From Candidatus Bathyarchaeia archaeon (GTDB lineage: Archaea > Thermoproteota > Bathyarchaeia > Bathyarchaeales > Bathycorpusculaceae): a stretch of 34,554 nt of DNA. The translations under genes were made by a program, and so were the position numbers. Each line of letters opens with the position of its first letter. Position 1 is the stretch's first letter. The notes under the pieces are model-generated. The model was not told where the DNA came from, did no database searches, and saw only the letters and a program-made list of their open reading frames with translations. Of the stretch, positions 17,174 through 26,164 are shown one piece after another. The stretch lies in NCBI GenBank assembly GCA_038883715.1, contig JAVZLS010000014.1, positions 1 through 34,554 on the forward strand, written 5' to 3'.

Positions 17174-18436
17174 CTACCATTCAAAGGCATAGAGACCTCT
17201 AGCCACATCCAAACGTCCCAGCTGCTGACCCCCTTCAACTAACTGCATAGTCTTTACATCCCGCAAATATTTCTCCACATTGTAATCGAAGGCAATTCCA
17301 TAAGACCCCATAAGCTCCACAGCCTTATTAATAACCCACAAAGCCATGTCACCTGCATATACCTTAGCTGCAGAACATCTTGCAAGCATCGTTGGTGACC
17401 CCCATCTTCCATATATCTCTGGGTGATTCACCATCCAAGCGACTTGCAAAGAATACGCCCTTGCTGTTTCAATGGCTATCATCATATCTGCTATAATACT
17501 AGCATGAAGAGAATGTTCCCTAACAGGTTTAACAATTCTCCTCTCCTTAGTATAATTCAAAGCGATTTCCAGAGCTGCTTGGGCGGCTCCTATCATTTGG
17601 CCGCTGGAGAAAAGTCTAGCTTGCCCTGATAAATCATGGAATATCTTTGCATCCTCTCTCGGCCCAGCCACACGATAATGCTTTGGAACCCTCACATCTT
17701 CGTAGAAAATTTCAGTATTCATGTCGGTCCAGCATAACCCCATCTTTTGTATGGGCTTACCTATTGACAAGCCTGGAGCATCTGGTGGAACATATATAAG
17801 GGCTATTCCCTCATCTCCTTTCGTCGGGTCTGTGGTGCATACTGTTAGATACACTATATCTGCGTCGCCTGAATTGCAAGGCCAAATTTTTTCACCATTA
17901 ATTACCCACTCATCTCCTTCAAGTTTAGCAGTTGTTCTAATGGTTCGGCCATGCATTGCTGGGTCTATTATGTTGCATGCTCCTGCTGGCTCGGTGATGG
18001 CTACACAAGCCTTATGAGGTTTATCGTCGAGAAGCTTGTCCCTAAAAAGTTCTTCTACAAGGTCCATTCGGTTGGCCACTAAAGCCGGGTATAGAGCCCA
18101 TGCTATTATGCCGGGGTGAATCATCCATAGGGCGACGTCTCCGCGTGATAATTCCTCGGAGAGAATGTAGCTGGTTACGGCAGAATTTATTCCTAAACCT
18201 CCCATTTCTTTTGGAAGGAAGGCCTTTTGAAGGCCTAAATTAACCATAACCTTTAGGATCTTCTCTAAGGTTTCATGGGCGAGTTTTTCGTCGCGGTGCC
18301 ATCCTCCTTCTAAGTCTTGGCGGCGGGGCATAACTTCTTTCTCAACGAATTCGCGTATAGAGGCGGCGAGTTCCAAGTCCTCTTCGGCTACGATGGCTCT
18401 TACAAATTTCTTCCGAACATCAAACATTTCATACAT
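17174..18436 (-). CDS. Acyl-CoA dehydrogenase
   Basis: AITEP, WVINGEKIW, KMG, AVELMGSYG, VEKYLRD..TMQLVEG (catalytic Glu). Start reassigned to ATG 18436 (SD GGAGG). Confidence 0.93.
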   Translation of the reverse strand: MYEMFDVRKKFVRAIVAEEDLELAASIREFVEKEVMPRRQDLEGGWHRDEKLAHETLEKILKVMVNLGLQKAFLPKEMGGLGINSAVTSYILSEELSRGDVALWMIHPGIIAWALYPALVANRMDLVEELFRDKLLDDKPHKACVAITEPAGACNIIDPAMHGRTIRTTAKLEGDEWVINGEKIWPCNSGDADIVYLTVCTTDPTKGDEGIALIYVPPDAPGLSIGKPIQKMGLCWTDMNTEIFYEDVRVPKHYRVAGPREDAKIFHDLSGQARLFSSGQMIGAAQAALEIALNYTKERRIVKPVREHSLHASIIADMMIAIETARAYSLQVAWMVNHPEIYGRWGSPTMLARCSAAKVYAGDMALWVINKAVELMGSYGIAFDYNVEKYLRDVKTMQLVEGGQQLGRLDVARGLYAFEW

Positions 18437-18595
18437 TATTTTTCCTCCATTATCGGCGGTGGCGTTATTTTGTTTAAAATCAAATTTTATAAAACTTTTC
18501 ATTGGCTGTTTTGTGATACTTTAACGTACGTTTGGGCTATTATCCAAAAATTTTATATGAATTCCGTTCAAAGTGCTACTAAAAGGTGATTAGTT

Positions 18596-19852
18596 ATGAA
18601 GAAGAATTTGGCGTTGACTTTAAATGTGATCCTAATCTTAACCATGGCTTCTCCTTTCCTACTTTCAGCTAAGGTTGCACGATGCTCTCCAGCAAGGGAG
18701 ATTCCTGCCATAGTCTCAACCGATTGGCTATATAACAACCTCAATACAGGCTTAGAAGGCCTTGTGGTGCTTGATGTTAGGAGCCCAGATTTATATAACG
18801 TGGGGCATATTCCTGGGGCAATTAACTTTCCCGACTATTTATGGTACGTTAATCCGCCCTTTGGAGACAATTTTCCATGGATGGAAATGCCTCCACAAGA
18901 CTACCTTTTCGAGTTGATAGGCAATGCCAGCATAACAAGCAATTCCAAAGTAGTTATTGTAGGGAGTACAAGTGGACCGCTTTCTCCGCTGCCCTTAGCC
19001 TTGTACAGTACAGGTGGCATAACAAGGGTTGCTATGACGCTGCTTTATGCTGGAATTGAAAATGTTGCTATCCTGGATGGTGGATACGAGAAATGGGTGG
19101 ATGATGGATATCCAACTGAAACTGCACCCCACGTCCCTACCCCCATAACATATAGCGGCACATTGAAGAGCGGCATGATTGTTTCCAAAGAATATGTTGC
19201 AAGCAAAATTGGAAGTGCCATAATCGTGGATAGCAGAGACCTCGAAGTTTATCTAGGCTTTATACAAGAGCCTTGGACCGCGAGAGTCGGCCACATTCCA
19301 ACAGCGAGGAGTTTTCCAACACCATGGGTTTGGAGTATAAACCTGAACGAAACAAGCGGCGAAGCAATTTACATAACATACAAAGACGCCGATTTTCTTG
19401 AAGCCCTAGCCGGGTACATAGTTGGAACCAACAAATCAGAAGAGGTAATTGTTTACTGCGGTGTCGGCGGGTACGCCAGTACTATGTACTTCGTGCTAAG
19501 CGAGGTGCTCAACTACACAAACGTGAAAGTTTATGATGGTTCAGCACAAGAATGGACAAGCGACATGAGTCTACCAGTGGTCCATGAGGGTTTAGGCTCC
19601 GAGTACATGGAGCTTTATGACAACTATACAGAACTTCAAGAGGACTACAACCGGCTTCGAAATGATTTTGATGCGCTTCAAGATGATTATGACCAGCTTC
19701 AAGACGATTACAACGAGCTTTTAAATAAATATGAAGAGTTAACCAAAACAACCACGCCAGCCTACTTAACATATACATTCATTGCGACCACCATAATATT
19801 CCTGCTGATATCCATATATCTCGGAATTAAAGTGAGAGGCAAAAAACCTTAA
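18596..19852 (+). CDS. Secreted, C-terminally membrane-anchored tandem-domain rhodanese/sulfurtransferase with coiled-coil stalk
   Basis: N-terminal signal peptide (MKK plus hydrophobic stretch), VSTDWL, GHIPGA, ILDGG, GHIPTA, active site VYCGVGGY, VYDGSAQEW, heptad repeats, C-terminal TM and basic tail. Confidence 0.88.
   Translation: MKKNLALTLNVILILTMASPFLLSAKVARCSPAREIPAIVSTDWLYNNLNTGLEGLVVLDVRSPDLYNVGHIPGAINFPDYLWYVNPPFGDNFPWMEMPPQDYLFELIGNASITSNSKVVIVGSTSGPLSPLPLALYSTGGITRVAMTLLYAGIENVAILDGGYEKWVDDGYPTETAPHVPTPITYSGTLKSGMIVSKEYVASKIGSAIIVDSRDLEVYLGFIQEPWTARVGHIPTARSFPTPWVWSINLNETSGEAIYITYKDADFLEALAGYIVGTNKSEEVIVYCGVGGYASTMYFVLSEVLNYTNVKVYDGSAQEWTSDMSLPVVHEGLGSEYMELYDNYTELQEDYNRLRNDFDALQDDYDQLQDDYNELLNKYEELTKTTTPAYLTYTFIATTIIFLLISIYLGIKVRGKKP
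19610..19735 (+). repeat. Six degenerate 21-bp tandem units encoding heptads of the xLQDDYN type
   Basis: gagctttatgacaactataca / gaacttcaagaggactacaac / cggcttcgaaatgattttgat / gcgcttcaagatgattatgac / cagcttcaagacgattacaac / gagcttttaaataaatatgaa. Confidence 0.8.
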
Positions 19853-19930
19853 CCTCTCATATAAGGCAACATCTCCTTCCCCCTTTATTCTACATTGAAG
19901 TAAGCTGGCAACTAATTTTCTCGTTCGCTG

Positions 19931-19950
19931 TCGCAAATTTTAAATAGCGA
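19931..19950 (+). promoter_or_regulatory. Putative BRE-TATA promoter of the SBP-permease unit, with short TCGC...GCGA flanking inverted repeat
   Basis: TCGCAAATTTTAAATAGCGA begins 54 nt upstream of ATG 19985; SD GGAGGT. Confidence 0.55.
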
Positions 19951-19984
19951 AAGATTAAAGGTAACTCCGTAATCGGAGGTAAAT

Positions 19985-21292
19985 ATGTTGAATAAGAACG
20001 CTATCACTAAGGTGCAAGCAGCAATAATCGCAGTCATAATCATTGTTGCAGCCATAGTGGGGGTAGTAGTATACTTTTACACTCTTCCGGGGGCTCCACC
20101 ACCGCCTAAGGACTACATACTCATCGGGTGTGTTCAATCTCTGAGCGGCCCTCTTTCCCCGCAAGTCACCATGTATCATTGCTATTATAGATGGATTATT
20201 GAAGATTACAATGCTACAGGCGGACTTTATGTCCCCGAGTATGGCAAGAAATTACCAATCAAATACAAAGAGTACGACGACGAGACCGACATCAATAAAA
20301 TGCTTACATATACTGAAAAACTCATAACGGAGGACAAAGTGGATCTCATCTTCGCACCGTGCAGTACGGGCTTTTGCTATGCGGCTTTTTCACTCTATGA
20401 GCAGTATCATTACCCAGTGGTTGCTTTGACGTACGGCTCAGACATAGGAGCAGAAAAAATGAGGAGTGGCCAGTGGAAATATAGTTTCCACACGCTTGCT
20501 ACCCCATCTGAAGTGGGTGAACAAGTCCGCGAATTGATAGAGTATGTAAATGCAACCAAATCGCGTATCACTAGCATTGGCATTCTCCATCATATGGATC
20601 AACATGGAGTAGAACACGGTGCAGCCATATACCGTGAGCTTACAATCAGAGGATTTCCCGTCCAGGTTTATCAAAGCTATCCCTTCATGGAAACAAATTT
20701 CAAACCGCTAATATCAACATTGAAAAATGCAGGCGTCTACGATGTTGTGATTGTGGCGGGCTACGAGGCAGCTGCCTTTGTAAGGGATTGCATGGCTGAA
20801 AACTACAACCCAAAGATGATAATAACCGGCCCGTCACTTGAAGCCCCAGGAATGACATTCGGCCCTCTTGGTTTCACACTAGAACAAGTTAAGGGAATAG
20901 TCTTCTACGACGGCTGGCCATCCTCAGCCTACAACACCCCCGAACTACAAGAGTGGGCAGAAAAACATAAAATACGATCATATTCAATCTATGGCAACTA
21001 TTATGGTTACCCCTTCCCAGCGTCAGGCGTATTCTACGCAGGTCTCCAATGTCTCTTCGAAGCAGTTCAAAAGGTTGGTCTCGATAGGGACAAGATAGCA
21101 GAAGCGCTTAGAACGCAGTACTTTGACACCATTTTAGGAAAGATGAAGCTCCGACCCGGCTACGCTCCGGATTGCGAATTGGCAGGAACCATAACCCAGT
21201 GGCAAAACAGACTCATGATGGAAGTTGTCTGGCCTCTAGAAGCCAAATCAGCAGATCTAATCTATCCGAAACCAGAATGGCCACCACCTTAG
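19985..21292 (+). CDS. ABC transporter substrate-binding protein, LivJ/K (HAAT) family
   Basis: N-terminal hydrophobic anchor, IG...SLSGPL, YDDET, EKLITEDKVDLIFAP, TQWQ...VVWP...YPKPEW; precedes the two permeases. Confidence 0.9.
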   Translation: MLNKNAITKVQAAIIAVIIIVAAIVGVVVYFYTLPGAPPPPKDYILIGCVQSLSGPLSPQVTMYHCYYRWIIEDYNATGGLYVPEYGKKLPIKYKEYDDETDINKMLTYTEKLITEDKVDLIFAPCSTGFCYAAFSLYEQYHYPVVALTYGSDIGAEKMRSGQWKYSFHTLATPSEVGEQVRELIEYVNATKSRITSIGILHHMDQHGVEHGAAIYRELTIRGFPVQVYQSYPFMETNFKPLISTLKNAGVYDVVIVAGYEAAAFVRDCMAENYNPKMIITGPSLEAPGMTFGPLGFTLEQVKGIVFYDGWPSSAYNTPELQEWAEKHKIRSYSIYGNYYGYPFPASGVFYAGLQCLFEAVQKVGLDRDKIAEALRTQYFDTILGKMKLRPGYAPDCELAGTITQWQNRLMMEVVWPLEAKSADLIYPKPEWPPP

Positions 21293-21333
21293 GAACCAAG
21301 CGGTTCATGGCAATGCTTGCGGGGGCGACGTAG

Positions 21334-22194
21334 CTGCTAGATATAATCGTTGGGGGCGCCCTCTTAGGGGCATTGTATTCATTGTTTGCCGTCGGCCTCA
21401 ACATTCAATACGGAGTCACTAGAATACTAAACTTGGCCTACGGAGAACTTCTAATGATCGGCGCCTATATATCCTACTTTTTTTTCGATTCTTATGGCAT
21501 TAACCCGCTAGTCACACTTGTAATGAGCGGACTTATCGCCTCTATTTTAGGCATAATAATTCAAATAGTTGTTTTTAGAAGGCTAATCTTTTTGTCCAAA
21601 TCTGGAGCAGAGCTTGAATTTAGATCACTCTTAGCCTGTTTCGGCCTCATATACATAATTCAGAACCTTCTTGCCCAGATTTTTGGCACAACCCCCATAG
21701 GTATGCCATATCTTATGGAGGGAGTAGACATACTTGGAGAGAGATTCAAACTAAACATGGTAGTGGCAGCAATTATGTCCATAATCATCAATGCAATAAT
21801 GTATGTTTTTATACGCTTTACAAGACTCGGTCTAGCCATGAGAGCCACAGCTGAAGAGCCAGCAGGAGCGCAGCTTGTAGGAGTAAACATTTTGAAAATT
21901 CATGCGGCATCATTCAGCCTAGGCTGTCTTGCGGCCGCCCTGGCTGGTTCAATGTTGTGCATGATTTACCAAAACCTAAATCCGTATTCAGGAGCACAAT
22001 ATACCTTAATTGCTTTAATAATACTTGTTCTGGGTGGCAGGGGAAGCTTTCTTGGAAGCGTGATTGGAGGGTTTATAGTAGGGTACACATATTACGCTTT
22101 TCTGAGAACGATACCATCGCTGGCTGTGCCAGCGGTTTACATTCTCCTCATTTTAATATTGGTTGTAAGGCCTAAGGGGATTCTTGGGAGGTAG
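21334..22194 (+). CDS. livH: ABC permease, LivH family
   Basis: GLNIQYGVTRILNLAYGE, TRLGLAMRA, A.LVGVN, VLGG.GS. LivH TM1 (LDIIVGGALLGALYSLFA) extends upstream of the track's TTG 21373 to a CTG at 21334, so the start is uncertain. Confidence 0.88.
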   Translation: MLDIIVGGALLGALYSLFAVGLNIQYGVTRILNLAYGELLMIGAYISYFFFDSYGINPLVTLVMSGLIASILGIIIQIVVFRRLIFLSKSGAELEFRSLLACFGLIYIIQNLLAQIFGTTPIGMPYLMEGVDILGERFKLNMVVAAIMSIIINAIMYVFIRFTRLGLAMRATAEEPAGAQLVGVNILKIHAASFSLGCLAAALAGSMLCMIYQNLNPYSGAQYTLIALIILVLGGRGSFLGSVIGGFIVGYTYYAFLRTIPSLAVPAVYILLILILVVRPKGILGR

Positions 22195-22198
22195 AGCC

Positions 22199-23221
22199 TT
22201 GCCGGAAAGCAGGAAATTAAACTTAAAATGGCACCATTTAGTTTTGGCGGCAATCACTTCAATAGTTATTGTTTTATTGGCTTTGGCGCCTCTCTCCTTA
22301 GGACACTACTACCTATCAGTTATAAGAACAACTCTCATGTGGGCAGCTCTAACAATGAGCTGGTATTTCTTTTCAGGTCTTACGGGATATATTTCGTTGG
22401 GATCTACCGCCTTTTTTGGTACAGGACTATATTTCACAGCTCTATATCTAAATTTTAGCGTCATAGAGGGACGCTGGCCAGAATTACCTTTTCCAGTTAT
22501 TGTACTTATGGCAGGACTACTAAATTTTGGATTCGCTTTCGTTCCAGGCCTAATATCATTGAGGCTTAGAGGCATTTATTTTGCAATCGCCACTTTTGCG
22601 TTAGGTATGGCGTGTCAAGGCATATTTGACTATCTTGTGACAAATGTTATGGGCACTTATTACACTCATATTCCTTCTTTTAACCCTCAAATGAAGTATT
22701 ATTCAATGCTAACAACAACGATTGCTGTTTTTCTAATAATCTTTCTCCTATGCAAATCCAAGCTTGGCCTCGCTTTAAAAATGATAGGTGAAAATGAAGA
22801 GGCTGCAGTGCACTTAGGCGTAAACGCTAACTTAGTTAAAACTTTGGGGTTTGCGATAAGCGCCATGTGCATGGGTTTTGTGGGAAGCAGTTACGCTATA
22901 ATATTTCCAGTTACAGGTCCAAAACTCGCCTTTGACCTAAAATACTCTTTTCTTCCCGCAATAATGGCGATGTTCGGCGGAATTGGAACAAGCTATGGTC
23001 CCTTAGTTGGGGCTGTTGCATTGTCTTTGCTTAATGAGTATCTCGGCGTTACTTTAGTTCATTACTTTTTAATAATCCTCGGAGTGATAGTGATAATTAT
23101 TGCTGAATTAATGCCTGAAGGAATCGTTGGATTTGCCAAAAAGATGGTTGTAAAATATTCTAGAGGAAAACAGCAAGGCTTGCCGGAAGAAAAGTCTAAA
23201 GGCCTAAAAACGCCTCTTTAA
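22199..23221 (+). CDS. livM: ABC permease, LivM family
   Basis: GYISLG..AFFG.G.Y, LRLRGIYFAIAT, IGENEEAA..LGVN, GGIGT.YGP. Start TTG 22199 after SD GGAGGT. Confidence 0.9.
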   Translation: MPESRKLNLKWHHLVLAAITSIVIVLLALAPLSLGHYYLSVIRTTLMWAALTMSWYFFSGLTGYISLGSTAFFGTGLYFTALYLNFSVIEGRWPELPFPVIVLMAGLLNFGFAFVPGLISLRLRGIYFAIATFALGMACQGIFDYLVTNVMGTYYTHIPSFNPQMKYYSMLTTTIAVFLIIFLLCKSKLGLALKMIGENEEAAVHLGVNANLVKTLGFAISAMCMGFVGSSYAIIFPVTGPKLAFDLKYSFLPAIMAMFGGIGTSYGPLVGAVALSLLNEYLGVTLVHYFLIILGVIVIIIAELMPEGIVGFAKKMVVKYSRGKQQGLPEEKSKGLKTPL

Positions 23222-23900
23222 CATACTTGTTTTTTAAGAGTTCTTCGCCCCTCCCCTGTAAAGTTACTTTTCCCATTTCCATCACATAAGCCTTCTCGGA
23301 AACTTTCAAAGCGTAGTAGACATTCTGCTCAGCCACAAGTATGCTGAGCCCGCGTTTCCTCAGCTCTTCCACAGCCTTAAATATCTCAATGGTCAGCTTT
23401 GGCGACAGACCCTGCGAAGGTTCATCCAATATAAGTAATTCTGGATTGGACATTAAGCCACGTGCGATGGCAAGCATTCTCTGCTCTCCACCGCTAAGTG
23501 TTACAGATAGCTGTTTTTCCCTTTCCTTTAAAACTGGAAAGAGTTGATACACCATATTTAATGTGTCCTTTTCCGAAGCTTTTCCCTTAGAGCCATAGGC
23601 TCCTAAGAGAAGGTTCTCCCGTACCGTCATGTAGGCAAAAAGTTTTCTGTCGTCGGGCACAAAGGATATTCCTAAATTCACAATTCGGTATGGCGGTAGT
23701 CCGTCAATTCTTTTACCATTAAATTTAATTGTACCGGATGATGGTTTAAGAAGCCCAGCCACTGTGCTAAGAAGTGTGGTTTTTCCAGCTCCATTTGCAC
23801 CTATTAGGGATACGGCTTCCCCTTTTCCAACGCTGATTGAAACATCCCATAGGATCTGCATGTTTCCACGTAGTACGTTTAGGTTGTTAACCTCTAACAT
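23196..23900 (-). CDS. livF: ABC ATPase, LivF family
   Basis: MLEVNNL, GANGAGKTT, LSGGEQRMLAIARGLM, LDEPSQGL. Start reassigned to ATG 23900 (SD GGAGG). Confidence 0.93.
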   Translation of the reverse strand: MLEVNNLNVLRGNMQILWDVSISVGKGEAVSLIGANGAGKTTLLSTVAGLLKPSSGTIKFNGKRIDGLPPYRIVNLGISFVPDDRKLFAYMTVRENLLLGAYGSKGKASEKDTLNMVYQLFPVLKEREKQLSVTLSGGEQRMLAIARGLMSNPELLILDEPSQGLSPKLTIEIFKAVEELRKRGLSILVAEQNVYYALKVSEKAYVMEMGKVTLQGRGEELLKNKYVKEAFLGL

Positions 23901-24633
23901 AAGCCTCCCCAAGATAGGCTTCAATAACTTTGGGATCTGCACCTATCTCTTCGGGTTCTCCCTCTGCTATTTTCGTTCCTTGATGGAGCACTATGATGCG
24001 TTCGGCTATTTCCATTATTGCACGCATGTTATGCTCAATCATGAATATTGTTGTTCCCTCTTCACGTAATCCTTTAATAACATTGAGCATCTGTAAGGTT
24101 TCTGTTGGATTTAAACCCGCCATTACCTCGTCAAGCATTAACAGCTTAGGCTTCGTGGAAAGTGCTCTTGCAATCTCAAGCATTCTCTGTTCAAATATGG
24201 TTAAGCTTGAGGCTGGCAGCATCCTCTTTTTGGCTAGTCCAAACTTTTCCAAAATTTGATTAAGCTCTCGCTCGATGTCTGAAAACCTTTTTTCTTTGGT
24301 ACATCCGAAGCAAGTCGCTGCCAAAACATTTTCGTATACGGTCATGTTGGGGAAAGGTTTTGGAATTTGAAATGTTCTGGCTATCCCTAACTTGCAAATT
24401 TTGTGGGGTTTTAGTCCTGTTATTTTCTTCCCACAAAACTGTATGGTTCCCTGCGTCGGCGGGAAAGTACCGGAAACCACATTAAAGAGCGTGGTTTTCC
24501 CCGCCCCGTTAGGGCCTATCAAACCAACTATCTCGCCTTCATCTACATAGAAATCTACACTATTTAGGGCTACAAGTCCCCCGAAACGTTTTACAACGCC
24601 TTGTCCTTCAAGTAGTTTCAACGTAAAGTCCAT
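23887..24633 (-). CDS. livG: ABC ATPase, LivG family
   Basis: KRFGGL.A, GPNGAGKTT, GIARTFQ, LDEVMAGL, IEHNM, VIEAYLG. Confidence 0.93.
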   Translation of the reverse strand: MDFTLKLLEGQGVVKRFGGLVALNSVDFYVDEGEIVGLIGPNGAGKTTLFNVVSGTFPPTQGTIQFCGKKITGLKPHKICKLGIARTFQIPKPFPNMTVYENVLAATCFGCTKEKRFSDIERELNQILEKFGLAKKRMLPASSLTIFEQRMLEIARALSTKPKLLMLDEVMAGLNPTETLQMLNVIKGLREEGTTIFMIEHNMRAIMEIAERIIVLHQGTKIAEGEPEEIGADPKVIEAYLGEAYVRG

Positions 24634-24671
24634 CCGTTCTCTATGAACTCACCAATAATAAGACAAGACCC

Positions 24672-24687
24672 GATATAAATTTAGCGA
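24672..24687 (-). promoter_or_regulatory. Putative BRE-TATA promoter of livG-livF
   Basis: Minus strand TCGCTAAATTTATATC begins 54 nt upstream of ATG 24633. Confidence 0.55.
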
Positions 24688-24793
24688 ATTTACCACAATC
24701 AACGTGAAGGAAAATCACTCATGTGTAAATAGTTAACCGCAAACGAGAATTTTATCATTCTTTAAGTTTGAGGCGCAAATAAAAGGGGGGATG

Positions 24794-26137
24794 TCATTTA
24801 TATACGCCGAACCTTTTTGTAGCGTCTATCATAGCCTTGAGGTTTTCTGGTTTCGCCTTGTCTACTACTGCACCGTTCATAACTATGAAGCCTCCGCCTT
24901 CACCACATGTTTCAATAAGCTTTTTGACGTATTTCTCCACTTCTTTGGGGGTTCCTACACTTAATAACGCGCTTGGGACGTTACCGGCTATGCAGGCGAC
25001 GTCGCCTATCATTTCTTTAGCCTTAGCCATGTCGGACTGGTCGAAGCCCCAAAGAGTTTTACCCTTTGGCAGATCATTTTTGATAAGTTCGAGGCGGGTG
25101 TTATAGCCGCCTTCAGCATAAAGGAATGGCACACAGCCTTCATCTATTAAGCCCATCATAACTTTCTTTAAAGTTGGCCAATAGAACTCCTCAAATTGTT
25201 TGTTAGAGATAAAGCCGTCTGCCCCCTTGTGCAATGGAATAAAAACTATTGGGTTTCCATTGGCTTTCGCTCCAGAGGCCCCCATTCTAATCATAAGCGG
25301 GGTGAAAACTTCCATGGCTTGCTTGAGCTTGTCAGGGCGTTTGTACATGTCCAACATTATGCCTTTAGTTCCCCTTAATGTATCGCCTAAAGTGTCGAAA
25401 GGTGCTTTGGTGCCGCCTCCGAAGAGGTTTGGAAAACCTGCGGCAGTTATCTCCCTATCCCAAGAAACAACATGTCCTATCCAGTTTAATGCCTCATTAC
25501 CCGCTTCCATCAGAGCTTTAAGGGCAGCTTGGACATCTGGCATGCCAAAAACAATGAAATTGACTGGCGTAAAACCTCCATACATTTCAAGCACGTTGGT
25601 GAAGGGTGGTAGTTTACTGAAAGGTTGCAGAGCCCCAAACACCCGTGGGAAATACTTAGTCAAGAAGAAGTATGTTGGATCTTGGATCAGATCGTCGTAT
25701 TCTTCAGATTTCATGTATTCTCCTTCAATGCACTGATAGGAGTATTCTGGGGCTACGCCGTGGCCGGGCCAAGCATACAATTTGTAGTCGAGGATTTCGA
25801 AGAATCTTCCTGGGCCCGGCCCTATAGCACCGGCGTGGGCGTCTGGTTCGAAGTCTAAAACGTATTTTCTGAACGCCATTTTGAGTTTCTCGTAGTCGTA
25901 CATCATGTCGTAGGGTGTCAGTCCCACGTAGTATGCAGGGAAAAAGCCTATTAGCGGGAAAACCGGAACTCTGTCTGGCAGCTTCCTAAGTTGGATGGCA
26001 TCTTTTATTCTAGTCACCCTCGCCTTGTAGGCTTCTTCAGCTTTTTCGTTGGCAAACTTTACCGGAGGGGAAAGCCAACGTTTAAACAACGTCTCTCGTC
26101 TTTCCTCTGGTGATAAGTTCTCCCATTTTACTTCCAT
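24794..26137 (-). CDS. UroD/MtaA-superfamily corrinoid methyltransferase, probably O-demethylase methyltransferase I (MtvB/MtoB/MtgB-like)
   Basis: AIQLRKLPDRVPV, EYMKSEEYDDL, APFD...DTLRG, FIPLH, FEEFYWP, AEG, CIAGNVP, GGGFI; directly downstream of a corrinoid protein. Confidence 0.82.
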   Translation of the reverse strand: MEVKWENLSPEERRETLFKRWLSPPVKFANEKAEEAYKARVTRIKDAIQLRKLPDRVPVFPLIGFFPAYYVGLTPYDMMYDYEKLKMAFRKYVLDFEPDAHAGAIGPGPGRFFEILDYKLYAWPGHGVAPEYSYQCIEGEYMKSEEYDDLIQDPTYFFLTKYFPRVFGALQPFSKLPPFTNVLEMYGGFTPVNFIVFGMPDVQAALKALMEAGNEALNWIGHVVSWDREITAAGFPNLFGGGTKAPFDTLGDTLRGTKGIMLDMYKRPDKLKQAMEVFTPLMIRMGASGAKANGNPIVFIPLHKGADGFISNKQFEEFYWPTLKKVMMGLIDEGCVPFLYAEGGYNTRLELIKNDLPKGKTLWGFDQSDMAKAKEMIGDVACIAGNVPSALLSVGTPKEVEKYVKKLIETCGEGGGFIVMNGAVVDKAKPENLKAMIDATKRFGVYK

Positions 26138-26164
26138 ATCATCTATCCTCCATAATTTCTTATT

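Noticed and set aside
19610-19735. 21-bp periodic repeats as a CRISPR-like array
   Set aside because: The units are degenerate, have no spacers and encode an in-frame coiled coil.
24794-26137. True uroporphyrinogen decarboxylase (hemE)
   Set aside because: It is longer than HemE, is paired with a corrinoid protein and activator, and has no tetrapyrrole genes nearby.
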